The notes under the pieces: generated by a model
What the model saw: only the letters and a program-made list of their open reading frames with translations
Database searches by the model: none
Told to the model about the DNA's origin: nothing
NCBI RefSeq assembly: GCF_036321535.1
Contig: NC_087437.1
Location: 98,086,001-98,150,000 of the forward strand
Direction of reading: 5' to 3'
Origin: Camelus dromedarius
Taxonomy: Eukaryota
DNA: 64,000 nt
In this document: positions 51,751-64,000 of the stretch, one piece after another
How the letters are laid out: every line of letters begins with the position of its first letter
Position numbering within the stretch: the first letter of the stretch is position 1
Position numbers and translations under genes: made by a program

Positions 51751-54700
51751 GGCAAGTAAACAGGACCACATTAGTTAACTGACACTGAGAAGCCCTGTAC
51801 TAAGGTAGCGACAAAGGAGAGTATAGTGTGCTTGTCCTTAAGGAACTTTTAAACCACTGGTGAAGAAGAGACAACATAAACGCATATGAATTTTTTAAAA
51901 TATCAGAAGTAGGTATACATACAACAGAAGACAGTATAAAGTTTTAAAAAATTAAACAAATTTGGAAAGAAATAAGTGACCTGATTTAACGGAAAGGGAT
52001 GAGGTGATGTTTTAAGTGAGGACAACAGCAAGTCTTCAAGGAGGGAAATAACAAGGGAAGCAGGTTGGCAAGTAGTTTATATCCGGCTGCAGAAGGGAGG
52101 CGAGGGCAGGAGGCAAAACAAAATCAGAACAGTCAAGTACAGGACGGACAAAGGGAGACAGTCAGAACACTGTATTTTGATGCAAATGAAACTAGGAGTT
52201 CTTTTAAAGTTATTTTAAGAGTGTGACATAATCAAAAGGATGATTGCAGAAGATCATTCCTTCTACTTCTAATTGGAGGAAGAAAAGTAGAAAAAAAATG
52301 ATTGAGGTCTGATGACTTCTAATTCATTAATTTTAAAGCCTACCGGGAGGACAAACCTAGATCAAAAACTTGAAAGAACTTCACAACATTTCATCAGATG
52401 CCCAGGAGTTCTTGGCAGGAAAAGTGAGGACACCTTTGCACCAGATCATGTCACCTGATTGAAAAGAAAAAAACACACACCCTTCTTCTGTGGAAGAAAA
52501 TAATGTGTTCCACTTCTGCCAAGGTCATTCTGCATATACAGATGGCTTAGGTGGCTCGGTGTAGTTAACTCTTTTGGCAGAGGGACGCAGATTTCCATCA
52601 AATCCTCCCCCTGCTCACGGATATCTGGCCCCCAGCCTTGCTCCATCCTGATACCTTAGAAAAGCTGTGTTGGATAGTTTGTTGTTCTTACTTTGATTTA
52701 TCGAATCCTGATTATCTTCTGTGGGGATTATTAGGGGCAACGCATAGGTGAAGCCAACTGAGCATCACCTCAGAGAGGTGAGGCCTCTATCTCTGTCTCG
52801 GACGCCAAAGTTGTGTGGTTGAGGAAAGTCTGCTAACACAGCTCTCCTTGGCTGCGATTCACTTCAGTGTTTGTAATTTCTCCGAAGACCCATTGAGCAG
52901 CCTGGCCTGAGTTTGAATTTGTGCAAAAAAGCCTCTAACCAGGTGAGGCGCACATTGTTTCCAGCTCATTAGAGATGTTTTGGACAACTTCTTTAATGAG
53001 GTTTGACATTCGACTGCACCGCATATGTGACTTTCTCCACCGTCTCGCCCTCCCCCCACTCTCTGCGCCTCCTTCGCTCTTACTCATTTTTTGTGAGTGA
53101 ATCATCTGATCCTGTCCCTTAAATGACCATGCTCTAGTTTGATTAATTTCTCTCATCAACCCTCCTTCCTGAATCCTCTGATTAAATCGGGTCTTCTCCC
53201 TGCCCCCGCCTCTATAATGCATGGGACCTTTTAGTAGCTATTAATTATTTAAAAGAACGTTTCTTTCTATCATGCTCAAGGTAGTCACTATAGTTTTCTG
53301 CCGACCACGTGGCTTCTGTTTAAAATTATTAAACTCAATTAAGAGAAGCTTTCAAACATCAAGTTTTAGAAGCCATAAAAATATTCTTTTTTTATTACAT
53401 TGACAAACTTGCTGGACCGGAGGAGGAAATAGACACAATATGTCTCATCAAAATCCATCTCTTCATCCTGTCCTAAATAGCATATGGTACTCACCAACAG
53501 ATTGAGGAAATGTGATTTAAATCAAGTTATCAGCAGGGGCTGTAAGAGTGCTAGGGGTCATTCCCAAGGATTTTTACTAGTGGGTATTTCTGATTGTAGC
53601 AGTCAAAATTCTGCTAGCCTTCCACCTATGTTAGACGTTTATATAATAGTAAATATTTTGTTAACCATCCAGCACAATTTTTGAAAAGTGACACAATAAA
53701 TGAATCCGTTGCTTAATTCAAAAAAGCCAGAAAACTGACTGGACTGACTTTTCACCTATTTGACTGAATCAACTTGACGTTGGTCACGGTAGAGATACGG
53801 TCTTTGGTGAATCTGCTCTGTAATTCATTTTCTGATGGCTATGAATTAGCAGAAACCAGCTAAAATAAGACATGACCTTTATAAGCTGAAATAGCCTGTG
53901 GGTCTAAATAGGATGAAGTAATAGGATGCAGCTCATGTCAATTAGGTAAGAAAAAAGAAAATATCCAGAGAGAGCTAGACTGACTTGTCTAAGCCGGAAA
54001 GGCATTTGAGGTCAGAGCTGACCCCACTTGAAACCTGGCATCATAATGCGGCCCTGTAACTAAGAGAAGCTTAATTCTTAGCTTTATTAATAGACGAACG
54101 CCATGTCAGGAAACATGAAGAAATCTCCATTAATAGTTACCAAGCAGAGCAAAAATTCAGCTAGCACGCACCAGAGAGGCAACAGCCAAGGGTGATCATG
54201 CCAGTTGGTCAAAGCCCTTCAGTGCTAAATATTTAAGACTTTGTAATGCTGTGTTTACAAGCAAAGACAGTATTATAAGAAGATATTTTGATAGTGATTA
54301 AAGAGAAAGAATGATCACTTTATGTTTTACTGAAGATATGGACTCTAGTTTTGTCTCTACTCTTAATTAGAACCAAGTGCTGGTTATCACTGTAGCCTTT
54401 TGTTCTGATACAAAGTTAGGTTAACCGATATTAATGATCTCTTCTAGCTCTAAAATTCTGATGCTAGGGAATATTGTCTCAGGATTTCTCAAACTAAATA
54501 ACTGTATATCTAAATGAAAATATGAAATAAGGAGCAAGCCATTTATATGGAATTTGTGTCTTAAAAAGACTGAATTTTAGATATTTAGTAATATTTAGCT
54601 TTTTACATTACTACTGTGTGCATATATGGGTGAACTGTGTGCCTCTCCACCACAGTAAAGATGTAAATAGGTAAAATAAATAAAAACTAATTGTCACTCA

Positions 54701-57700
54701 GTAAGACATTGGTTGGGGGCAGTAATGTGAACATATAATTTTACCTTTCTGTCTTTTTATTTTTAATCAGTACGTGTTGCTTCTTTGAAAAGCTTGTGTG
54801 CTTGGGGGCAGGGAGGAGTGGACACACTGGTCTGAGTGAAGAGAGAGAAAGTCACCTGAAGTCAAACTTATAGAAAAAAGAATTCTCCTTTTACTTTCCT
54901 GTTGCTCAAATGATCAATCTGTATAATCCATTCACTGTATCTCATACACTTATAAGGGAGAAGATGCAGCATTGATACCAAAATTGAACAGGTTTTGGCC
55001 AGAAACTTGCCTGCAAATGCCAAACTACACATTATTGGTGTAGAACTAGTTGGAAGTCTGTAGAGCAGATTTCTTTTTTTTTTTTTCTAAAGAAAATAAA
55101 GCCTCTGCAGGATGCTACTTTAGCTCACATGCAGAAATGGAAAAACCTCTCAAGCCTTTCAAAATCCCAGCTGAATACTTTCCCAAGCGTTGTCCGAGTA
55201 CTGCCTCAGAGGAGTGTTGATGAAACGAGGCTTAGTAGGTTCACTGCTTTTTTATAAGTGTACACTTAGTGTAAGAAATGGAGAGCAAAGTCAGTATAAA
55301 GCAAGATAGATTTTATGATAAACCTTTGGCAAACAAACCGTTTCTCCTGAGTCTATTCACGCATTACATTGTGCACACATACACAAACATGCACGCACAC
55401 ACGCGTGTGTGCACGCACAATGTGATGAGAAAAACCAAGTAGAAACAAAATCAGGATCAATTCTGGTTAGTAAAAATTCAAGTTTGCTTGAGATTCTTTT
55501 CTTTTTTAAAATTAGAAGAGATGAATGTGGGGACGGGTAAGACATTTTCTCTTAAGAACGAAGAACTACTGAACAGGGGGATTTATTTAATGCAGAAAGT
55601 CACATTATTGAGATTAGACATCTCTTTTTCAAGGTGCTCCTGGGAGATAATGGCTCTTATACCTATAATTCAGGGGAAGCATCGGTTTTGCCTGGTAACG
55701 TAAAAAAGGACCTGAGGACCGAAGTTAACACCTTCATCTCTACATAGAACATGATGATTTTAAGAATAACTCCAGAACATATTTGCTTTTTTAAATTACT
55801 TTTATTTCTAAAATTTTCTTTTAAGGAGTAGACTCTATGAGTATTTTTCTTAAAAATATGGCCAACTTTAAGATAAGAGCGAAATAGAAAATATTTCATA
55901 TTTTCTCTAGTCCATGAAGCAATAACTTATGATACTTTTTTTTCTTTTTTACTGATTTTAGTACAATCAAGACAGGAAAAAATGAAAGTCCAGCATGAAA
56001 TGGGCAAGAATTGGAAGATAATTCTTCATTTGTATAGTAGGTCTGATATATCTTGTTTTAAAATAAATTTAAAAATAAGGAAGCAATTGATTTTTATCAT
56101 TCTTTTCTGACCGCTCTAAATATGCTGATCCCAGGGAGAATGAGTACAGAGAGAAAAATGTTGATTCTCAAAAAGTAGATGGTGAGTGTACTCATCTCAT
56201 CTATGAATAAGCTGTGGCTTCATCAGCAAAGTTCCCAGCCTCTGCCCCCACCCTGCCTGTTTCCACTCAAAACTGGGCCCAGTACAGTCCCATTTTTTAC
56301 CTTTATTACACTATGATTACAACCAAATTTTAACCTACCTCCTCAATCTGATCTCTTCACGGTTGAGGACAGGAATCAGAGGCTCTTTTTGTCCTTGACC
56401 CAGCCCCTGAGCCTGGAAGCCTAACACAGTGTGGTTAGGGTACGTGTCCCAAGGCACCTCAACGCACCTGGCACTGTCTCTTCTTAAGACAGTGAGCAGG
56501 TTTATTCAACGTCTACCCCTTCTCCAAGACTCAACTCTAATTTCACTTACTCCAAAAAGCTTCCCTGGGTTTCTCCAGTCCAGAGCAGCTGCCTCCCCTG
56601 AATTCACAGTACTGTAGATTCTGTGTCTGAGAAAAATTACGCCTTTTGATACCTTTTGATACCTATCAGGCGATATTTCACAGTGTTACATGTTTTACAT
56701 CTCAACTTTGCAATTAGACAGATAATTATCACAGTCACCATTTTTGAGTGCCTATGATATGTGAAGGAGCATTTATGTTTTTAAAGTTTTACCTCAAACC
56801 TTCATAGTAGTTATTATCCTCATCTTACATATGAGTAAATGGGGCACAAGGGTTAAATCACTTTCATGGGACTATGGAAATACTGTGCATCAGACTTGGA
56901 TTGGAATCTTATGTATTTAGAAGGCAGAGATCTTTGCTGAAATTCTTGGATATTCCCTTGGCCATTTTTACAGTGCTTTATCTATATTAGATACTAAAAC
57001 ATTATTTTCTGATTGATTGGTTTTAAGCACTGTCTTAAAACTGCCCAGGTTATCATAAGTAATGTTCTACAGCATCAACCAAAACTAATATTTAATGCTG
57101 TCAAACAGGCACAGAGCAGACTGGCCCTAGGCCAATGCAATCAGTGATGATAAGAAAAATAATTCCGAAGGAGGAAAACAAATACTTGCTTGGATGCATG
57201 ATCAGGTATGCATGCTTCAGAAATAAGCAATGACTTTGGCCAAGGCACTGTCTTTGTTTGAAATGCTAAAGAGCTGGAAAGAAGAGACATTAAGGAACAT
57301 GCAGTCATTTTAGAGCATTTTCTGCAGGTCTCGAGAGCAAGATTCAAGCACATCTGAAATAAAGTAGTTGTTAAAAATGGTTGTGAACAGGGATAATATA
57401 AAAATATTTAACACATAGGAGGACATGGGCATATACCAATCAGAACAGATTAAACAAGCTTTAGAAAGGACAAGAGCCATAGACAACTTGTCCGTGGACA
57501 AGAACCATGGACAACATGGGTAACCATCCAGCCATCTGGGTGCATGCTGCCTTAGCATTAGTCCTGGCTGTGAGGTACCTATTGGCTGAACACTTATTGA
57601 ACAAATGCCTCCTACGCCCTCAGCATGGTTCTGTTCTAGTCTGCTGTGATCATCATATCCCTGGAGTTACCAGACCCTGCAACCAGGCTGTGGAGACCAC

Positions 57701-57904
57701 AGTGATTCATTCAGCAAAGTCTCTTGATTACCTACTCTGTGACATGCACTATACTAGACACTCAGTAGACAAACACAAATTAGACACCCTCCTTGCCAGG
57801 GAGTGAACATTCTCACTGATTCTTCACCAAAGTTATCCCTGGTGCAATTCTAGTAACTGTTTTACCATGAAAGAATGAATTTAACAGCTTTCCTAAGAAG
57901 TCTA

Positions 57905-58427
57905 TGTTTCCATTAGGGTCTCTCCAGAAGCAGACCCTGAGGCAAGGATGATGGGCAAACGTAGCTGTGCTTGATTACCAGGTACCTCTGCTGGCAATGT
58001 GGGGAGTCAAAACCAGTAACCCGCCGGTAAATCCCTCTTATTTAGACGCTTTAGGTAAAATCAATTTCTATTACCTACAAACAAAATGTTTTAACTCAGT
58101 TATGGCAGATATCGAGCATGTTTGAGGAACATCATGTATAACTTGCCCCATACAAGTGGGGGGGGGGTTGGAGAGGTGGAGGAGAGAAGGCAACCAATAA
58201 GGGGTGCATTATTAAACCAGTTGCCACACTGGATGACTACAATTTAGCCCCCTGAGAAACTCAGAATTACCCTGGCCAATTATTCCCCCTGTGCTCCTCA
58301 GTTATTAGCTAAGGGCAGCCCAGCGACAAAATGCTCATGGTATCATTAGGGATCGTATGCTGCCTTCGACGGAAATGAAAGGATGATCCAGGAGGAAATG
58401 GTTGACACTTCAACAATGTCTACTGCA
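57905..58427 (-). mobile_element. LTR33-like solo LTR
   Basis: TCTCCAGAAGCAGACCCTGAGGCAAGGAT...GCAACCAATAAGGGGTGCATTATTAAACCAG; shares motifs with 43736-44151. Confidence 0.6.
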
Positions 58428-58804
58428 GTGTTTTTCTTCTAAAAGTTACAGCCCTCATGTAATTAGCACAATAGATTCAGCTATTGTCAAACAACTGTTA
58501 TCAGAGATCTGCTTTTATTAAGGCGATATGCTGGTAACTGAGAGACAAGACATGGCACAAAGTAGTTTGTCTGTTTCTTTATATTCCACATTATTTAACA
58601 TTAGCTCCTAGTATGACAGATTTTTTTGCCCTCCAGAAATTTGCAATCTAATTTTATGGGACAAATTACACTCAAAATGACATTCCGTGAACATCTACCT
58701 TAATGAATTATACAACTAGCAATTTTTACTTTCAGGCAACAGGATTTAATTTTATCTGATTTGTCCAGAAAATTAAAAAAAGATTTATTGATTGTTTACT
58801 AGCA

Positions 58805-59190
58805 TCGACTTTTGGCTCCCCAAAAGATCACCAGAAAAACTTGTTGATCAAGCAAAGCTAAATTTATTAGACTTACTGCACTACAGAAGGTCAATCTCTA
58901 TAGGGTTTTAAGGACTGGATATAGTGATTGAAAAGCAAGTCAGCAAAGCAGGGAGCTATTCGGGCAGAATTTATAATACAATAGCTTTAGATTAAGTGAA
59001 CGCAGTGAGGTAAGTGCCTTGAAATGAGTCTTGATGAGCAAGCTGTTAGTCTTGGTTTTAAGTGGTTCACAACATTCCAGGAACAAGGATAGCCCGGAGC
59101 AAGCAGCTAAGCTGCATTTGCTGGATCTCAGTGTTGCCCACACAGGGACAGGGGGTTGTGTTGGCTTCGGCTCTCATTGAATAGTTTATA
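58805..59190 (-). mobile_element. MER110/MER90-like ERV1 LTR
   Basis: Minus strand GCAGTAAGTCTAATAAATTTAGCTTTGCTTGATCAACAAG...TCTTTTGGGGAG. Confidence 0.65.
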
Positions 59191-60415
59191 GGCTCAAAGG
59201 GAGAACTCAACCACCAGATCTCCAGAAGGATGAGAACTAGGGTATCTTCGCAAACTCGATGGTATTAACACACAAAGCCTCCTCAGGGCACCGTCATCTG
59301 GAGGCTGGCTCCCACCACCCTCCATGTCCGAGTATCTCACTTTAAAAATCCTCGGTGGAGTGTGGGATATGCGGCGATCTTGTGGTCAAGAGGGACAGGG
59401 TCTGGAGTTTTGTATTCCACAAAAGTCCCATGGAGAGGAGAACAGGTAATTTCCCAAAGGAAGAGAAATTAAGCAGACAGAATCAAGAGAAGGCACCACA
59501 ACGGTCAAATCTCTCTCAAACTCTTTCTCCTCATGTGTATTGAATTCTGATTACAACTGTTTCTTTATGTTGTTTTTCAAAATTTAACAGTTTTTGATGT
59601 TTCAACTTTTTGTGGTGGTTCCAAATGCACAATTTATATTTTTAAAAACCATTTCTTCCTACTCCTGTAATTGCTTCCATACAACTAACCACTGCAGTCA
59701 AGACATGTCACTTCTATGTCTGTAATGTGCTTCTCCACCTGCCGCCTCCTTTCCGTCTACCTACAGCCAGCCTAATCTGTTCTTAACTTATGTTCTTCCC
59801 CAAATTCCTGCAGTAGCGTTCCACATTTTTTTTTCCTTTATAGGATCTCTTGTCTACTTCCAGATTAATAATCTTCTCAAAACAGTAATTCTTTCATTTG
59901 TAGCTTTTCCTGATTCACTCACTCACTTCCTGTTCCCTATCAGTCAAGTGTCACACACTCTGTTCTCACTTTAAGGTCACTTATAACGGCCAACACTTCT
60001 CTCTCTGTACTTACATACTAGTCATCTTCATATACCCTTTGCTCTAACCGCACACATAACAATGTTCTCAGGGTGCTCCTGCTGGTTCTTAACTCCAAAC
60101 TCCTTGGGAACACAGTGTACACATGATTCACCTTTATATTCCCCAGATACTGAACACAGTCCCTTAGGTTGCAGTTTGAGTGACTGCTCTGATGAATAGA
60201 AAATGATTGCCTAAATGCTGCTTTGAAAAACACCACGAGGCCAAGTTCAGGATGAGCGGGAAGGAATATTGCAATTGCTTATTACTGTCGGTCGTAGGTA
60301 GTATGTGCGTGCACATGCACACACCTGGGGGACAATACCAGTGTGTGTCCCTGGCACTTCCCATCTTTTACTGCATATTAACATTTGTTGAATAGAGTTC
60401 GCCAAGAATTTAGAG

Positions 60416-60941
60416 TGAAGAGATCTCAGAAAATGCCTCTTTGCTCCTCCTTGGTTTGAGAAATAAGACTTCCATCTGCAGAGCCTGGCCATTGTTAGTG
60501 AGAGCCAAGAAGATAAGATTATAAAGCAATAAGTAACTTTGCTGTTTGCTTTAGAAAAATTTCTGTAAAACAACTTGTCTGGACAAATATTTTGCTCTCC
60601 TATCAGGACAATAGATTGCTCACCTGGGCAAACAACTCACTTCTCAAATTTCAGTTAACTTATCAAGATTGACTTCAAGACCCTATCCTCTTAAGTCCAC
60701 CAAAAACTAAACTATTATGTCATAAATATTACCCAGGTCCAATCAGTTTCCCACCATGAACTATTCACCCTAAGACCCACTTACACCCAGACTCCAGACC
60801 CTATAAATACCCTCTCCTGCCAGTTGTCTTCTTGAGACACTTCTAAGACTCAATCAGGCAGCATTCTTTCTTACACTAGTAGATTAGTAAACTTGGCTTC
60901 GCTCGTCAACATGTTTTGTGTTGGTTTTTTAAGAGCTGGCA
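60416..60941 (+). mobile_element. MER110/MER90-like ERV1 solo LTR
   Basis: CCCTATAAATA TATA box near 60800; TTGAGACACTTCTAAGACT; AGTAAACTTGGCTTCGCTCGTCAACA. Confidence 0.65.
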
Positions 60942-61183
60942 CTTAATAGTGGATGTAAGGAATACTACAAAACAATGGGAACAACTGCATGAAGTTGAGA
61001 ACTCTTCGGTGGGAGCTGACTTGTAACTTTCCTGTTCTTTCAGGGACAGATAACTCTAAAAGGTACTTTGTAAAGCAACATGACATTTTTTGCACATCTT
61101 CAATGCAAGGAAAAGAAGATCATTAGCCTTAGATACTGGCACTGTCAAGCACAGAAGGCCAGTTGATTCTAGAATCCAATCAT

Positions 61184-61360
61184 GCAGAGGTTTTCAAACT
61201 GTGATGTGCATAATAAGCATATCAGAGGGGCTTTTTTAAAACGCTGATGAAGGTCCAACTTCCAGAGGCTGGTTCAGAGGTCTGTGGCAGGGCTCAGGCA
61301 TCCATATATTAAATAAACTGGCAAGTGATTCTAAGGCAAGAGGATTTCTGACCATGCCGT
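61184..61360. mobile_element. MER5-like hAT MITE
   Basis: CAGAGGTTTTCAAACT...GGTCTGTGGCAGGGCTCAGGCATC...AGTGATTCTAAGGCA. Confidence 0.65.
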
Positions 61361-62359
61361 TAGAATCCAGAGCGGCATCTAAAGTCCAGTCACCGAAAAA
61401 CTATTTCTACTGCTGGTCAGTTCCCTCAGTGGCCCTTTCAACTAAATTCAACTGTCTTTTGACTATTTTTGTGTTCATTTGTCAGTCCTTTTTTTTTTTT
61501 TTTCATCTTTTTGATACTTTAAGAATTTCAAATAGAACAGAGGAAGGGTGGGAGGGAAAGAGATGGAGACATAAACAAAGAGGGAGAGAGATTCATCTTA
61601 CCTAATTTTATTTTTCTGGTATCATATTTTCTGTATTTTACAAAAGATGATAATTTTCATTTTGTATGTTGACTTTTGCTGTTTGTTTTGAAAACTTGTT
61701 TAAACTAGGCTTTGGGAGACACTCCCTTAACAATACAGTATTTCTAGCAATATGGATCTCCTGACAACACATAAAATATAAATTATAATCAATTGTCCTG
61801 CAATATACATAATGATACCTGAAGAAAATGGAGTAGATTTGTCAAGTATTCATTTGGCTTTAGGAAATGCATTCTGTTAACTAGCTTATATGGATGTCAG
61901 AAATCACTTTTCCTTTCCCATAACAAACCTTTGACTTTGCATAAAAAATAAATAAATAAATAGATCCCCTACATCAGACATACACTGAGTGCTAGAAAGA
62001 GAATGAAAAGAAGGGAAAAAATGGGAAGGCATTGCAGGTTACTGAACAATAACTTTTCCTTCTCCAGTTTGCCCAAGGCCAGCCCTGCAAGCCGTTTGAA
62101 CTCAGCTCTTAAAAGCAGTTCTTCTGAACAAGCGATAAGGGATGGTGAAATAACCCCAGGAACATTGTAATTAAAGTTTTGTATAGGTGACTAAAGCAAT
62201 TGTTAACTTTTTTCTTGCAAAAGTCAATGCCTTATGTCGTTCATCCTGACAAATTCAGAAAAAAAAAAAAATTTACACATCAAAGGTAGAACCTTTCTTG
62301 CAAAGCAGTGTGTTTCCCCAGATACTTTTTTCAACCATTTTAGATGAGATTTTTCTTAC

Positions 62360-62530
62360 CAAGTTTATTGGATGCCAGTTTTTCCAGGAGCATGCCCTCT
62401 TTTATTCATTCAGCAGGAATTGTACCCATCAAACTTGCAATACAACTATTTTGCACGATGGTTGGATTGTGTGATTGGTTTAAATATATGTATACTGTCT
62501 AGCTTTTATAACAGATAAGCCAGATAAACT
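62360..62530 (-). promoter_or_regulatory. Candidate promoter and first exon
   Basis: TATAAAA on minus at 62510-62504; tandem AGATAA at 62513 and 62522; CCAAT at 62478-62474; donor TTG|gtaaga at 62360/62359; no recognisable repeat. Confidence 0.3.
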
Positions 62531-63675
62531 GTTAATGCTTTCGAACTCTCTAGGCTGTATGAATGATGGAGATTTCTGTGTTATCCCTGAGAAAGTTGCG
62601 GATACGGAAAACAGGTTTAATCCTCTTTTTATGCTGTGCCTGTCTGTCGGGGGAACAAGTGCAGAGAATGACGATATAGCAGGAATAGCCACAGGCTTAA
62701 TTTTCAAAGCCAGGTAATATTATGCAGTCACATATTTTTAATCTATTTAAAATATAAAATAACTCAATAAGCTGATACAGATAAAGTAACTGTTGTACCT
62801 GATGAATAAGAGTTTTGTACAGGCTGGATTCAGGCCAGGTGAAATTTCCATTTGTTAGCATTGTTGCTGTCTAAGGTGTCAACATTTAGTAAAATTTTAA
62901 TCTTTCAGTAAAAATAAACCAGTACTTTTTATGCAAGAAGGGACAATGATAAATATAGCCAGAGCCAATCTTTTAATTGTACCTGAAGGTGTTCTGTCAC
63001 CTGTATCTAATGTCTTCACTTCAGCTTTATGCTTTGGATTATATTCAGCTAGATTCATTTTAGCTTCTAATTACAATCACGATGTGTCTATACAAAGTGG
63101 AAAATGTGAGCATTTAGATTGTCCAAAAAACATAAAAGTGAGTTCAGCTGAAAATATGCAAGCAAGCCGTGTAGAATGAGGTATATTTGAGATGGAGATT
63201 CTATTAAATCACCTCCAGTTCCCTGTCTTTGTAAATATTTTTTTCTTCATTTTTATTTTCTTACAGTTTGTGGATTTGTGAATCTGGCTGCAGATTCTTT
63301 TTAAATTATCTTGAGGCATTTTGTTTATAAACCAGTTGGGGATAGCAAGGTTACCCATGCCTTTGACCCCTACTCTCAGAAAAGTGAAGATTTCTATGAT
63401 TGCATGATGACAAGTGTGCCTTACATAACCTGTTGTGAATGTTCATAGAAATAAAGCATCGCTCGAACCAGTTTCTCTTTGCCATATAAATGAAAGGCAT
63501 TCTGAGGCATCCTTTATGTGAAGGAAGTATCAAGGCAAAGAAATCCTACCAACACCACCCCCACCACACCCCACACTACCTACCCTGTGTGTCTTTCCTT
63601 CAGCGTCCTGGGAGGTAATTCATTTGTTAACTTCTGGTCACCTTACTGCTCACTTCCTGGTGTTTTATTTAAACC

Positions 63676-63810
63676 AGGGTTTTCAGCCTAGCATCACCTG
63701 GAGCTTTTTAGAGATACATCTCAGCCTCATCTCAAACCTACTGAATCAGAATCTCCATTTTAATAAGATCCTCAGACGTTTGCAAAGACATTAACATTTG
63801 AGAAACTCTA
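63676..63810. mobile_element. MER5A-like hAT MITE
   Basis: GCATCACCTGGAGCTT...CCTACTGAATCAGAATCTCCATTTTAATAAGATCC...TTTGAGAA. Confidence 0.7.
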
Positions 63811-64000
63811 AATAAGACCTCATTAGGCCATAACCTGACTTGCTATCCTCTAATTAAACCACACTCTCATTGGAAATACAAAGAAAGGGCTTCTCATACT
63901 CATGCACATTTCTGTAATTCTGCATGAGATCTGACCTCACCTGTCCTGACTCTCTATTGTCTCAATAGCCCAGGAATATCTTCAGAGTCTTCTCCTGACA

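Noticed and set aside
1..64000. Remaining short ORFs in the track; prokaryote-type systems (CRISPR, operons, defence islands)
   Set aside because: The ORFs are short, often start at non-ATG codons, overlap repeats and show no recognisable domains. The sequence is mammalian and has no repeat-spacer array.

Overview
AT-rich mammalian genomic DNA, not prokaryotic: no operons, CRISPR arrays or long ORFs. Two short tRNA-derived SINEs suggest a camelid or related cetartiodactyl. Most of the window is intronic or upstream sequence of one minus-strand gene. Four small exons (24010-24141, 7575-7612, 4765-4802, 2947-3033) have canonical GT-AG sites and matching phases, and splice into an uninterrupted 295-nt frame (EGSMDSLYEPVPEQ...EVSNFENAKPKRKSIQRSMSESKVFEGKTVNDTIWQEPRTHENDSHIRRLCQLK). 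From memory, this matches the poorly characterised 5' exons upstream of SAMSN1 (human LOC388813 / long SAMSN1 isoform); this was not checked by a search. The gene continues past the left edge and its first exon is unresolved (three candidates given). The rest is a typical eutherian repeat landscape: L1, L2, MIR, MamSINE1, MLT1/MLT2/LTR33/ERV1 solo LTRs, hAT MITEs and microsatellites. Repeat family names are recalled, not searched. I found no evidence of a new multi-gene system. The best leads are the intact long N-terminal exon chain and a few possibly decayed coding segments in its introns.
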